Source: Anaerolineae bacterium (GTDB lineage Bacteria; Chloroflexota; Anaerolineae; Aggregatilineales; Phototrophicaceae). Taken from it: DNA of 64,000 nt. Shown here one piece after another: positions 8,819 to 17,113 of this stretch (its first letter is position 1; each line of letters opens with the position of its first letter). Made by a program: the position numbers and the translations under genes. Below the pieces are notes generated by a model. The model was not told the DNA's origin, did no database searches, and saw nothing but the letters and a program-made list of their open reading frames with translations. The stretch lies in contig DAOTTO010000358.1 in NCBI GenBank assembly GCA_034437895.1, positions 7,366 through 71,365 on the forward strand, written 5' to 3'.

Positions 8819-10195
8819 ATGAGTGATCGTCCTGCTAATCCTCCTCGCAGAATTCAAGGTCTTGGTGACCAATCGCAGAAGCCGGCGGCGCCGAGTGGCT
8901 CAACCGATTTGCTGCGCGAAAGCAATGCGTGGTCGCCGACACCGATTTCGACGATTGAAGACACCGGGCTGAGTAAACTTAATTTAGCCGACCTCATTTT
9001 GAAGGTGATTTATTTTGCCGGCGATATGATGGGGCATCAAGTTACCGAGATCGTCAAACTGCCGTTTACGGGGGTTGTCGACCAAATTTTGGAATTCTTA
9101 AAGCGTGAACGGTTTATCGAAGTGCGGGGATCGGGTGGATTTGGCGAAGCGGGGTATCGTTACGTCATCACCGACAAGGGCGCAGATAAAGCACGGGATG
9201 CGTTGGAGCGCTCGCAATATGCGGGGGCTGCGCCAGTTAGTTTGCGCCAATACATTCAATCAATGCAAGCCCAAAATCGGAATCGTAAGCCAATACATCA
9301 AGCCGATATGCAAAAATTGATGGAAAATCTGGTCGTCTCGGATGAGATGCTGGATAAAGTTGGGCCAGCCGTCAATTCTGGACGCTCTATTTTTCTTTAT
9401 GGCCCGCCGGGAAATGGTAAAACAACCATTGCCGAGCGTGTAGGTCGTTTGATTTTGGGAGATGATTTGTGGATACCGTACTCGATTGATGTAGATGGAC
9501 AGATTATCCAAGTATTCGATTTTATCAATCATGAGATTGTTGAAAATCCGAAAATTATGAAGCAGAGTACTGGTGTTATGCAAGACCCGCGCTGGATTTG
9601 CATTAAACGTCCTATGATTATGGTCGGTGGTGAGCTGACGATGGCGGGGCTTGACTTGCAATTTGATGAGGTCAACAAGTTTTATGAAGCCCCATATCAA
9701 GTGAAGGCCAATGGCGGCATGTTTTTGATTGATGATTTTGGCCGCCAGGTGGTGCGTCCGGTAGATTTGCTGAATCGGTGGATCGTCCCGCTGGAAAAAG
9801 GGGTTGATTTTCTGACGCTCAATAACGGGCGCAAGATTGAAGTGCCGTTCTTTGTGCTAATTGTTTTCTCGACGAACCTTGACCCTAAGAACTTAGTTGA
9901 TGAAGCTTTCTTGCGGCGCATCCGCTTTAAGATTGAGGTTGGGAATCCCAGCTTGGAGCAGTTCCGGCAAATTTTCCAGATTATGTGTCGAATCAAGAAA
10001 GTACCTTATGATGAGCAAGGCTTGGCCTATCTGATTAAGAAATGGTACATCGATATGGATCGTGACCTGCGTATGGTGCATCCGCGTGACATTTTGTCGC
10101 AGTTGGTGGATATTGCGAATTATCAGGATCGTCCTGCGACATTGACTAAAGACCTCATTGACGCGGCAGCAGCATCATATTTTGTTGAGCTATAA
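8819..10195 (+). CDS. AAA+ ATPase with a disordered N-terminus and a winged-helix-like N-domain; family not recognised
   Basis: 458 aa. Walker A is LYGPPGNGKTT and Walker B is GMFLIDDFG. The sensor and arginine region is FSTNLDPKNLVDEAFLRRIRFKI. The SD AAAGGA lies 8 nt upstream of the ATG. Confidence 0.75.
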   Translation: MSDRPANPPRRIQGLGDQSQKPAAPSGSTDLLRESNAWSPTPISTIEDTGLSKLNLADLILKVIYFAGDMMGHQVTEIVKLPFTGVVDQILEFLKRERFIEVRGSGGFGEAGYRYVITDKGADKARDALERSQYAGAAPVSLRQYIQSMQAQNRNRKPIHQADMQKLMENLVVSDEMLDKVGPAVNSGRSIFLYGPPGNGKTTIAERVGRLILGDDLWIPYSIDVDGQIIQVFDFINHEIVENPKIMKQSTGVMQDPRWICIKRPMIMVGGELTMAGLDLQFDEVNKFYEAPYQVKANGGMFLIDDFGRQVVRPVDLLNRWIVPLEKGVDFLTLNNGRKIEVPFFVLIVFSTNLDPKNLVDEAFLRRIRFKIEVGNPSLEQFRQIFQIMCRIKKVPYDEQGLAYLIKKWYIDMDRDLRMVHPRDILSQLVDIANYQDRPATLTKDLIDAAAASYFVEL

Positions 10196-10262
10196 ATGGC
10201 GGCAGCAGGGCGCTTAAATCAGTGAAGTCTGTCGCGGTAAGAAGTTGGGTCGTCAAGTATTG

Positions 10263-11288
10263 ATGAAGAAGTTTAACGGCTCTGCCATTACCCGTCATCA
10301 GGTATTCACGCTGTCCGATGGTTCGTATGTCGTTCAATGGGATGATAACCGGGTACAAGAATTGTTATCCGGTCAATATCGTCCTTTTGACCATGCGCGG
10401 GATTTTGGTCACGCGATTACGGATTATGAGCTAAAACAACTGCGCGTATCTGGACGGGTAGAACATTATAATCATAAATATGTGTGGTTGCTGCCGCTGC
10501 CAGAGGGTGGACGATTTGGTGAGCGGCGTGTTATGGGGAAAGAAGATCGCATCCGAGCGTTCTACCTTACGACCTCCTTACCAAAATCAGAAATCGCTCA
10601 AGCACAGCAAACGCTAAATGATCTTGGATTTGGGGAGCGTTTTTTTGCGCGTGCGCGTGATAGTGTTGTTGTGGTTCTGGGCAAGCATGGTATACCGTTC
10701 CGTACTTTTCAGGAAGCGGAGCAAGCGCAAGAGGCTATTTCTATGCAGTCCTCACAAGTATTTTCGGTACTTAGTATCGCATTTATTGAGACGAGCAGCA
10801 GAACCCTTTATAGGCACACAATGGATAGCAACAGCACGAAACTCAATCTCGATGAATTGATTGCCAGCCAAAGTAATACCGCTAACCTTGTAGGTAAACG
10901 CGTTGTTTTGGTCGTAAAACAGGAGGAAGAGCGAGAGGCGTTTGGGCAGTTGTTTACAGAAATGCAACTGGATGTAAAAGTGGCCTCCTCTGCGGTTGAA
11001 GCACTTCAATTTTTAGAAGACTTTCAGACTGACCTCTTGATTGCTGATATTCAACTGTCGGATATGCACGTCTTCCAGATGTTAAGTAAAGCTAAAGAGA
11101 TCGAGAGCTTACGAGATCTACCTGTCATGGTGCTGACAGATCAGCCCTATTTTGGTACGACTGTGGCGAAAGTTGATTATATGCAGCGCCCAATTAGCAT
11201 CGCACGGCTGCGTTATAATGTTTATATCGCGCTCAACGGCAAACAATCTGATAGCAGTACGGATGGCACTTCCTCTAATCCGTCTTAG
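10263..11288 (+). CDS. Two-domain protein: uncharacterised N-terminal domain (paralog of the 2921-3496 product) plus a C-terminal atypical CheY-like receiver
   Basis: The receiver segment is VVLVVKQEEE...LLIADIQLSDM...VMVLTDQ...YMQRPI. The phospho-acceptor Asp and the Thr are present, the acidic pair is EE and the conserved Lys is Arg. I chose the ATG 10263 start by alignment with the paralog; the ORF track starts at TTG 10245. Confidence 0.7.
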   Translation: MKKFNGSAITRHQVFTLSDGSYVVQWDDNRVQELLSGQYRPFDHARDFGHAITDYELKQLRVSGRVEHYNHKYVWLLPLPEGGRFGERRVMGKEDRIRAFYLTTSLPKSEIAQAQQTLNDLGFGERFFARARDSVVVVLGKHGIPFRTFQEAEQAQEAISMQSSQVFSVLSIAFIETSSRTLYRHTMDSNSTKLNLDELIASQSNTANLVGKRVVLVVKQEEEREAFGQLFTEMQLDVKVASSAVEALQFLEDFQTDLLIADIQLSDMHVFQMLSKAKEIESLRDLPVMVLTDQPYFGTTVAKVDYMQRPISIARLRYNVYIALNGKQSDSSTDGTSSNPS

Positions 11289-11404
11289 ATTGGAGATGGC
11301 CTCTGTATCTCCTTGAAGAATTATTTTCTCACCCTACATTTGCAGAATCTCAACTGCGCTGGTACATTCAGCCACTATAAAATTATTAGGTAGGATTTCT
11401 AGCG

Positions 11405-12034
11405 ATGACATGGGCGATTCTTTTCGTCTTTTTGATTGTGGTAGGAGTTATGTCCTTGGGCGGCAGAAAACAAGTGGCTTGGGTTGGCAAAATGTGGCGG
11501 GTTCATCCTGGTGTTGCCAACAAAGCGGAATGGATGGCACCAGACGATGTGATGAATGCCGTGCGAGAAGATTATTTAGCGATGACCCGTTGGTTGCAAG
11601 ACAGTATGGCGCATGATTGGGCGAAGCAGTGGTCTGCCGCGCCGCTTTATCTTTCTGGTGTGCAGCTTAAACGCCATCAAGAAATTCTGAAACATTATCG
11701 ACTGGGGAAAGCGCCTCGCTATAATGGCGTGCTGCGATGTTTACATCAAGTTGAAGTGCGGCATTTTTCCGAAGATGGAGAACGGTGTTTAGTGGTTGAT
11801 CGTCAGACTTCCCGCCGGATGGCGACTTATGATTATTGGACACAAACGCGCCTCACCACACAAGACCTTGGCGATGGCACAGTCGTTTACGAAATGGCCT
11901 ATGACATAGAGGCGCAGCGTTGGAAGGTTGATGCTTATATTCAAGAACTTCCATTAGGTTGGAAGACCTCTTCAAAAACGCACCGGATTAAACTGTTATC
12001 CGCCATGCCGCCTGCGATAGGGCGCGACAATTAG
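11405..12034 (+). CDS. Hypothetical single-pass membrane protein
   Basis: 209 aa. It has an N-terminal hydrophobic helix (WAILFVFLIVVGVMSLGG) and then a soluble domain with no motif I recognise. A hairpin plus T-run follows. Confidence 0.5.
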   Translation: MTWAILFVFLIVVGVMSLGGRKQVAWVGKMWRVHPGVANKAEWMAPDDVMNAVREDYLAMTRWLQDSMAHDWAKQWSAAPLYLSGVQLKRHQEILKHYRLGKAPRYNGVLRCLHQVEVRHFSEDGERCLVVDRQTSRRMATYDYWTQTRLTTQDLGDGTVVYEMAYDIEAQRWKVDAYIQELPLGWKTSSKTHRIKLLSAMPPAIGRDN

Positions 12035-12037
12035 GTC

Positions 12038-12073
12038 AGGGGCGAGTCAAAACTCGCCTCTCTTGTTTTGTTG
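12038..12073 (+). terminator. Rho-independent terminator candidate
   Basis: GGGGCGAG pairs with CTCGCCTC (one mismatch), followed by TCTTGTTTTGTTG. Confidence 0.55.
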
Positions 12074-12105
12074 TACTTATTGTGCTTGTTTAAAGGTAAA
12101 AGTTG

Positions 12106-13104
12106 ATGTTTTTTGTGACTGGCGGGACAGGGTTTTTAGGTCGTCATTTAATAGCGGCTTTGTGTCGAGAAGGGCATCAGGTTAAGGTTTTGACGCGCAA
12201 TCCTGAAAACAGCCTCTGGTTGAAGCGCTATGCGGGTGTACAAGTGACTCAGGGGGATTTGAGTGATAAAACCGCCGTATCCAGCGCTATGAAAGGTTGT
12301 CAATTTGTCATCCATGCGGGTGGGCTTTTTCGCTTTTGGGGCGATGAGCGCCAATTTATGGAGACAAATGCGCTCGGTACAGAAAATGTGCTGTCTGCGG
12401 CGCAGCAGCAGGGGATTGAACGGGTAATTCATATTTCAAGTATCGCTGTGATAGGGCAGCCCGATCCAGCCAATGTGATTGATGAAACTTACCCGTCGCG
12501 TCCGGTTGATCCTTATCAGCGCAGTAAGCTGGAAGGCGAGCAAATCGCACTGCGTTATTATGCCGATCACGGCTTGCCGGTGATTGTCTTGCGTCCAGGT
12601 GCATTTTATGGGCCATTTGGGGAATATGCCTTCAACCGTCTGTTTTTTAAAGACCCTATGCGCGGCATCATCATGCAGATCAATGGGGGGCGTTATATTA
12701 TTTTTCCGGCTTATATCTCTGATGTCGTTCAAGGGATTATCAAGGCGATGGACTGCGGCAAGCCGGGCGAAATTTATAATATCTGTGGCGATTGGATTTC
12801 TCATAAAGAGGCGTTTGATATTGTCTGCCAAGAGGCGAATTTGTATTGGCCTCGTCCGCCTATTCCGGGCTGGCTAGGCATCAATACCTCGCGCTTATTG
12901 GAAGTTTTGGGGCGCGTTACAGGGCGCGAACCATTCTGGCCTATCAACTTACGGTCTTATGTGTACAATAGTTGGCGCGTCTCTATCGAGAAGGCGCGGC
13001 GCGAACTCGGTTTTGTGCCGACAGACTTCCGTGAAGGGGCGCGTCGGACGATAGCGTGGTATCGGGCAGGGCAGCCGGAGGACATCCCGGAAACACGATG
13101 CTGA
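12106..13104 (+). CDS. NAD-dependent epimerase/dehydratase (extended SDR family)
   Basis: It has the Rossmann motif VTGGTGFLGRHL and the catalytic YxxxK (YQRSK). The substrate cannot be told from sequence. A TTG at 12103 is an alternative start. Confidence 0.85.
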   Translation: MFFVTGGTGFLGRHLIAALCREGHQVKVLTRNPENSLWLKRYAGVQVTQGDLSDKTAVSSAMKGCQFVIHAGGLFRFWGDERQFMETNALGTENVLSAAQQQGIERVIHISSIAVIGQPDPANVIDETYPSRPVDPYQRSKLEGEQIALRYYADHGLPVIVLRPGAFYGPFGEYAFNRLFFKDPMRGIIMQINGGRYIIFPAYISDVVQGIIKAMDCGKPGEIYNICGDWISHKEAFDIVCQEANLYWPRPPIPGWLGINTSRLLEVLGRVTGREPFWPINLRSYVYNSWRVSIEKARRELGFVPTDFREGARRTIAWYRAGQPEDIPETRC

Positions 13105-13133
13105 CGTGAGGCTAGGTGTAATAAGAAGCGATT

Positions 13134-13197
13134 GAATCACAGAGAACACAGAGTTCACAGAGAATCTCTCTCTGCATTTTCGTGAATTTTGTGGTTC
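13134..13197. repeat. Intergenic CACAGAG repeat element, copy A (three 9-nt-phased units plus an imperfect inverted arm)
   Basis: CACAGAG occurs at 13138, 13147 and 13156. It is followed by TCTCTCTCTG and then CGTGAATTTTGTGGTTC, which is imperfectly complementary to the left arm. A related copy lies at 50651-50712. Confidence 0.7.
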
Positions 13198-13222
13198 AGC
13201 AATATCTGTGGAGTTGGATAAG

Positions 13223-14491
13223 ATGCAGTTTGATGAAGTTAAAATCTATGTTCGCAGCGGTGACGGCGGTGATGGCGTTATCGCCTTCCGACGCGAGAAA
13301 TTTGTCCCACGCGGTGGCCCATCCGGTGGCGATGGTGGCAACGGCGGCGCGATCATTTTAAAAGTAAATCCTAAAATCAATACTCTGTTGACCTTCCAGA
13401 AACGGCTCCACTTCCGTGCGGAAAACGGTGGAAAGGGCGGTGGACGCGATATGACAGGGGGAACGGCAGATCATTTAGAGATTGAAGTTCCCGCTGGTAC
13501 AGTGGTACGTGATGCTGAATCGGGGATTCTAATTGCTGATCTCGTCAGACCGGATGATCGTGTCATCATCCTTAAAGGTGGCAAGGGTGGCAAAGGAAAT
13601 GCGCGGTTTGCCACAGCCTCCAACCAAGCGCCGCGTTTTGCCGAAAAAGGCGAACCGGGGATTGAGCTTTGGTTAAAGCTAGAACTTAAATTGATCGCGG
13701 ATGTAGGTATCATCGGTGTGCCGAATGCGGGTAAGTCGACTTTGCTTTCGGTGGTCAGTAATGCAAAACCTAAAATCGCCAATTATCCGTTTACAACATT
13801 AGAACCTAATCTCGGCGCTGTGGCGTATGATGACCGCGATTTGGTGTTCGCAGATATTCCAGGTTTGATCGAAGGGGCGCACCAAGGCGTAGGTTTGGGG
13901 CATTCGTTTTTGCGTCATATCCAACGGACTCGTGTTTTGATTCATCTGCTGGATGGTGCAAGCGAGACACCTTTGGTCGATTATAATCAGATCAACACTG
14001 AATTGGCGCTTTATGATGAGAAGTTGATCGAGAAGCAGCAGCTTGTGGTCTTTAATAAGATTGATCTTCCAGAAGCGCAGGCGCAATGGCCTGAATTGGA
14101 AGCGGCGCTTAAGGCGCGGGGCATTCCGGTGATGGCGATTTCTGCGGCCTCACAGCAAAATGTGCGCGACCTTGTGCAAAAGGTGTTCCAGCTTGTTTCT
14201 ACACTGCCGGAACAAGAAGTGTCGGAGGTGATCGCGGAAAAGCCCTTGTATGAAATGCCAGAGGATGCAGATCTCTTTAAAATTACACGCGGTGATGATG
14301 GCAGTTATCATGTAACAGGAAGACGCATTGAACGGGCGGCGGCGATGACGTATTGGGATTATGAAGAGGCCGTTATGCGCTTCCAAAATCTTTTAGAGGC
14401 ACTTGGCATCTCCGAAGCGCTGGAAAAAGCAGGCGTAAAAGTCGGCGATACGGTCTTTATTGGTGAATTTGAATTGGAATGGTCGGAGTAA
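13223..14491 (+). CDS. obg: GTPase Obg/CgtA
   Basis: It has the glycine-rich Obg fold (GDGGDG, GGDGGNGG), G1 GVPNAGKST, G3 DIPGLIEGA, G4 NKIDL and a C-terminal OCT-like domain. ATG 13223 is preceded by GGAG; the ORF track starts at GTG 13208. Confidence 0.93.
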   Translation: MQFDEVKIYVRSGDGGDGVIAFRREKFVPRGGPSGGDGGNGGAIILKVNPKINTLLTFQKRLHFRAENGGKGGGRDMTGGTADHLEIEVPAGTVVRDAESGILIADLVRPDDRVIILKGGKGGKGNARFATASNQAPRFAEKGEPGIELWLKLELKLIADVGIIGVPNAGKSTLLSVVSNAKPKIANYPFTTLEPNLGAVAYDDRDLVFADIPGLIEGAHQGVGLGHSFLRHIQRTRVLIHLLDGASETPLVDYNQINTELALYDEKLIEKQQLVVFNKIDLPEAQAQWPELEAALKARGIPVMAISAASQQNVRDLVQKVFQLVSTLPEQEVSEVIAEKPLYEMPEDADLFKITRGDDGSYHVTGRRIERAAAMTYWDYEEAVMRFQNLLEALGISEALEKAGVKVGDTVFIGEFELEWSE

Positions 14492-14519
14492 TCCACCCCA
14501 CGCAGGAAACGAGGACACA

Positions 14520-15143
14520 ATGCAGCAGCGGATTGGAATCCTGGGTGGCACTTTCGATCCCCCTCATCATGCTCATTTAATTCTGGCGCAGCACGCTTAT
14601 GAGGAATTAAAACTTGCGAAGGTGCTGTTTGTGCCAGCCGGTGTGCCGCCACATAAAGACTATACACGCACCCCGGTGGAACATCGTTTGGCGATGCTGG
14701 AACTGGCTATGGATGACATCCCGTATTTTGAGCTGTCGCGGGTGGAAATTGATCGTCCGGGTCCGCATTATACGATTGAAACGATGAAGATCATCCGCCA
14801 GCAAAACGCCGAGTCTGAGTTGTTTTTTATTATGGGTGGCGATGTGTTTCGTGATTTGCCGAATTGGGAACGGCCCCAGGAATTGTTTGCGACTGCCCAT
14901 TTGGCAGTTGCGGTGATGCGCCGTCCGGGGCGTGATGGATATGCGCTGCGCCCTGATATGCACGAGGATGTTATTCCCGGTTTGGCACAGCATACGATGA
15001 TTTTGAACTCTCCACTGGTGGAATTTTCCTCAACTGATATTGTAGAGCGCCTAATGGCCGGTAAAAGTGTCCGTTGGATGGTATCTGAGCCTGTATTGGC
15101 CTATATCGCGGAGCATGGGCTGTATAAACCCAGTGAAGAGTGA
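14520..15143 (+). CDS. nadD: Nicotinate-nucleotide adenylyltransferase
   Basis: The GILGGTFDPPHHAHL (HxGH-type) motif is present, and the obg-nadD adjacency is classical. ATG 14520 lies downstream of the obg stop; the ORF-track start at 14460 would overlap obg. Confidence 0.9.
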   Translation: MQQRIGILGGTFDPPHHAHLILAQHAYEELKLAKVLFVPAGVPPHKDYTRTPVEHRLAMLELAMDDIPYFELSRVEIDRPGPHYTIETMKIIRQQNAESELFFIMGGDVFRDLPNWERPQELFATAHLAVAVMRRPGRDGYALRPDMHEDVIPGLAQHTMILNSPLVEFSSTDIVERLMAGKSVRWMVSEPVLAYIAEHGLYKPSEE

Positions 15144-15159
15144 GCGTAAAGAGCAATTA

Positions 15160-16926
15160 ATGATATGTGATATTAAAAATCTGAGATGCTTGCTGACCAG
15201 AGTTATCAATTTCTGTGTGGTGGGTGTCTCTATCTTGTTTCTTGTGGCGTTGGCTGATATACGGGTTGTAGGGCAGGGCGCACCTATTTTAGTGCCGCCA
15301 ACGCCTGTACCCACATTGCCATCTGCCGATCAAGAATTGTTAGCATCAGAATCGGCGGTTGCGCGAATCCAACGCGACAACAAAGTGCGGGTTGGCATTC
15401 TTTACAATGCGCCGCCTTATGGCGAACTAAATGCACGCGGGGTTGTGTCTGGGTTTGATGCCGATATTGCTAACAGCATGAAAGATGCTTGGGGGGTCGA
15501 GATTGAATTTCTGCAAGTGACGCGCAACGTGGATTCCACTGTGCGAATGCTGCAAAATGGCACCGTTGACCTCGTGATGTCGGCTTTGATTAATCAGCAC
15601 GATGTGGATTCGAGGGTTGAATTTAGCCAGACGTATTTTATTGATCGGCAGGCTATCATGGTACGGGTTGATGATCCCGTAACGACTCTCGCAGAGATGG
15701 CAGGCCGCAATATTGGGGTAGTAGTGGCAACTCCGGCGGAAGCGGCTTTGATGCGCTGGCTGCAACGCACGGGAATTTCGGCCAATGTGCAGTCGTTTTT
15801 GACGCTTGATCGCGCTTATGTTGCATTGGCGGTGGGAACGATAGACGGACTTATCGATACAGAAGCGCAGTTACGGCGTATTTCTGTGTCGCAAGTTGAT
15901 TCTTTCAAAGTGTTGGAAGAAGCGATTGAGTTTGAATCTCACGCGATGGCGATCCGGCGGCAAGACACTGGTATGCGCGATATGATTAACCGGACGCTGC
16001 AATACCTGACCAGCACCGGACGGATGAATGAAATCAAGCAGGTGCATTTCCCCGGTTCGGCCTACGATGTGATCCGTCCTTGGCGGAATTTGGGCGATCA
16101 AGCGCCTACGCCAGCACAATATTCTCCGACACTGACTTATCCAGCCCAATATGTGATTCCACGTTTGCAAGTAGAGCGTGTCTTGCGTGTAGCAGGATTA
16201 TTTGGGATTACGGCGGATGATACTGAAGCGCCGGAAAGCCAACGGCGTTTGGATACCTTAAACCGTGCCATTATCGACGAATTAGCGCGGCGCTGGGGCG
16301 TAACGGTTACGTATGTGCCTGACAGCGCGACTAATGCGGTGGAATTGGTGGCGAATGGGCAAGCGGACATCGCTGTTGGCATTACCCCCGATTGGAATAT
16401 GGTGGGGCAGATGGACTTTAGCGGCTATTATCTGGTGCGCGGTGATCGGTTGATGGCGAAGGTACGTGGCGAAACTGAGGGCTTTATCGGTTTACGTGGC
16501 GGGCGAATTGTGGCGACAGATATTAATGATCCAGAAGCTGTAACGCGGATGCGTGATGCGGCGGATGGTAATGTTGAACCTTTTCAGACCCGCGAATCGG
16601 ATTTTGCACTGGCGATTTTGGAAGAACTCAACGCCGATGTGGCTTTTGGCGATATTTTGCAATTGATTCCGCATATCGAGCAGTATCCTGATTTGCTGCA
16701 AATTACGGATGAGTGGTACAGCCAAAATGTGATCGTGATGGCTGTTCCGCGTAATGATCTTGATTTTCGTTTGCTTGTTGATTATTCGCTGCAAGAATTG
16801 GCGCGTGATGGGACGTTGGCTGGGCTTTTGCAACCTGTGATGCTGCCAAAAGATGTGCCGGTTTTCGAGATGTGGTCTGGGGCGAATGAATTTATGGGAT
16901 TTCCGTTAACAACAACGCCGGGTTAA
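15160..16926 (+). CDS. Membrane-anchored protein with two tandem type-3 (amino-acid/PBPb-like) solute-binding domains
   Basis: It has an N-terminal hydrophobic anchor (FCVVGVSILFLVALA) and two copies of an SBP-like fold (VRVGILYNAPPYG...GFDADIA and LRVAGLFG...DIAVGITP). No permease or ATPase gene is adjacent. Confidence 0.7.
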   Translation: MICDIKNLRCLLTRVINFCVVGVSILFLVALADIRVVGQGAPILVPPTPVPTLPSADQELLASESAVARIQRDNKVRVGILYNAPPYGELNARGVVSGFDADIANSMKDAWGVEIEFLQVTRNVDSTVRMLQNGTVDLVMSALINQHDVDSRVEFSQTYFIDRQAIMVRVDDPVTTLAEMAGRNIGVVVATPAEAALMRWLQRTGISANVQSFLTLDRAYVALAVGTIDGLIDTEAQLRRISVSQVDSFKVLEEAIEFESHAMAIRRQDTGMRDMINRTLQYLTSTGRMNEIKQVHFPGSAYDVIRPWRNLGDQAPTPAQYSPTLTYPAQYVIPRLQVERVLRVAGLFGITADDTEAPESQRRLDTLNRAIIDELARRWGVTVTYVPDSATNAVELVANGQADIAVGITPDWNMVGQMDFSGYYLVRGDRLMAKVRGETEGFIGLRGGRIVATDINDPEAVTRMRDAADGNVEPFQTRESDFALAILEELNADVAFGDILQLIPHIEQYPDLLQITDEWYSQNVIVMAVPRNDLDFRLLVDYSLQELARDGTLAGLLQPVMLPKDVPVFEMWSGANEFMGFPLTTTPG

Positions 16927-16960
16927 TTTCATTAGATAGCCCTGAAATTGAAGTTAGCGT

Positions 16961-17002
16961 AAAGGGATGGGATGATTTTTCGTCCCATCCCTTTTTTCTT
17001 TT
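16961..17002 (+). terminator. Rho-independent terminator after the SBP gene
   Basis: AAAGGGATGGGA pairs with TCCCATCCCTTT (9 G/C-rich bp plus A/T extension), followed by TTTTTTCTTTT. Confidence 0.8.
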
Positions 17003-17075
17003 GGGGCATTATGTGAAAAAAATTAGACTATACTCAAAAATAGCCCTCATCTCAAAAATCTTGTGTATACTGTTT

Positions 17076-17099
17076 TTATTGTGAAAAATAACACAATAA
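17076..17099. promoter_or_regulatory. Inverted repeat TTATTGTG-N8-CACAATAA, a candidate operator (Rex-box-like)
   Basis: The 8-bp arms are perfect. The core TTGTGAA-AAAT-AACACAA matches 12 of 14 conserved positions of the TTGTGAA-N4-TTCACAA Rex consensus as I recall it. It lies between a TATACT -10-like box (17066-17071) and the SD of the 17114 gene. Confidence 0.35.
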
Positions 17100-17113
17100 A
17101 AGGAGAGACTTCT

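Noticed and set aside
10263-10830. The idea that the novel N-terminal domain plus receiver equals a PatA-type PATAN-REC protein.
   Set aside because: The architecture is similar, with a ~180-aa N-domain and a C-terminal receiver. However, the sequence does not resemble what I recall of the PATAN/DUF4388 signature. The idea is kept only as something an HMM search could test.
13134-13197. The CACAGAG 9-nt tandem repeats as a mini CRISPR array or a coding HRE-type repeat peptide.
   Set aside because: The units are 9 nt long with no spacers, there are only three of them, there are no cas genes, and the region has no ORF of meaningful length. It is better described as a REP- or MITE-like palindromic element.
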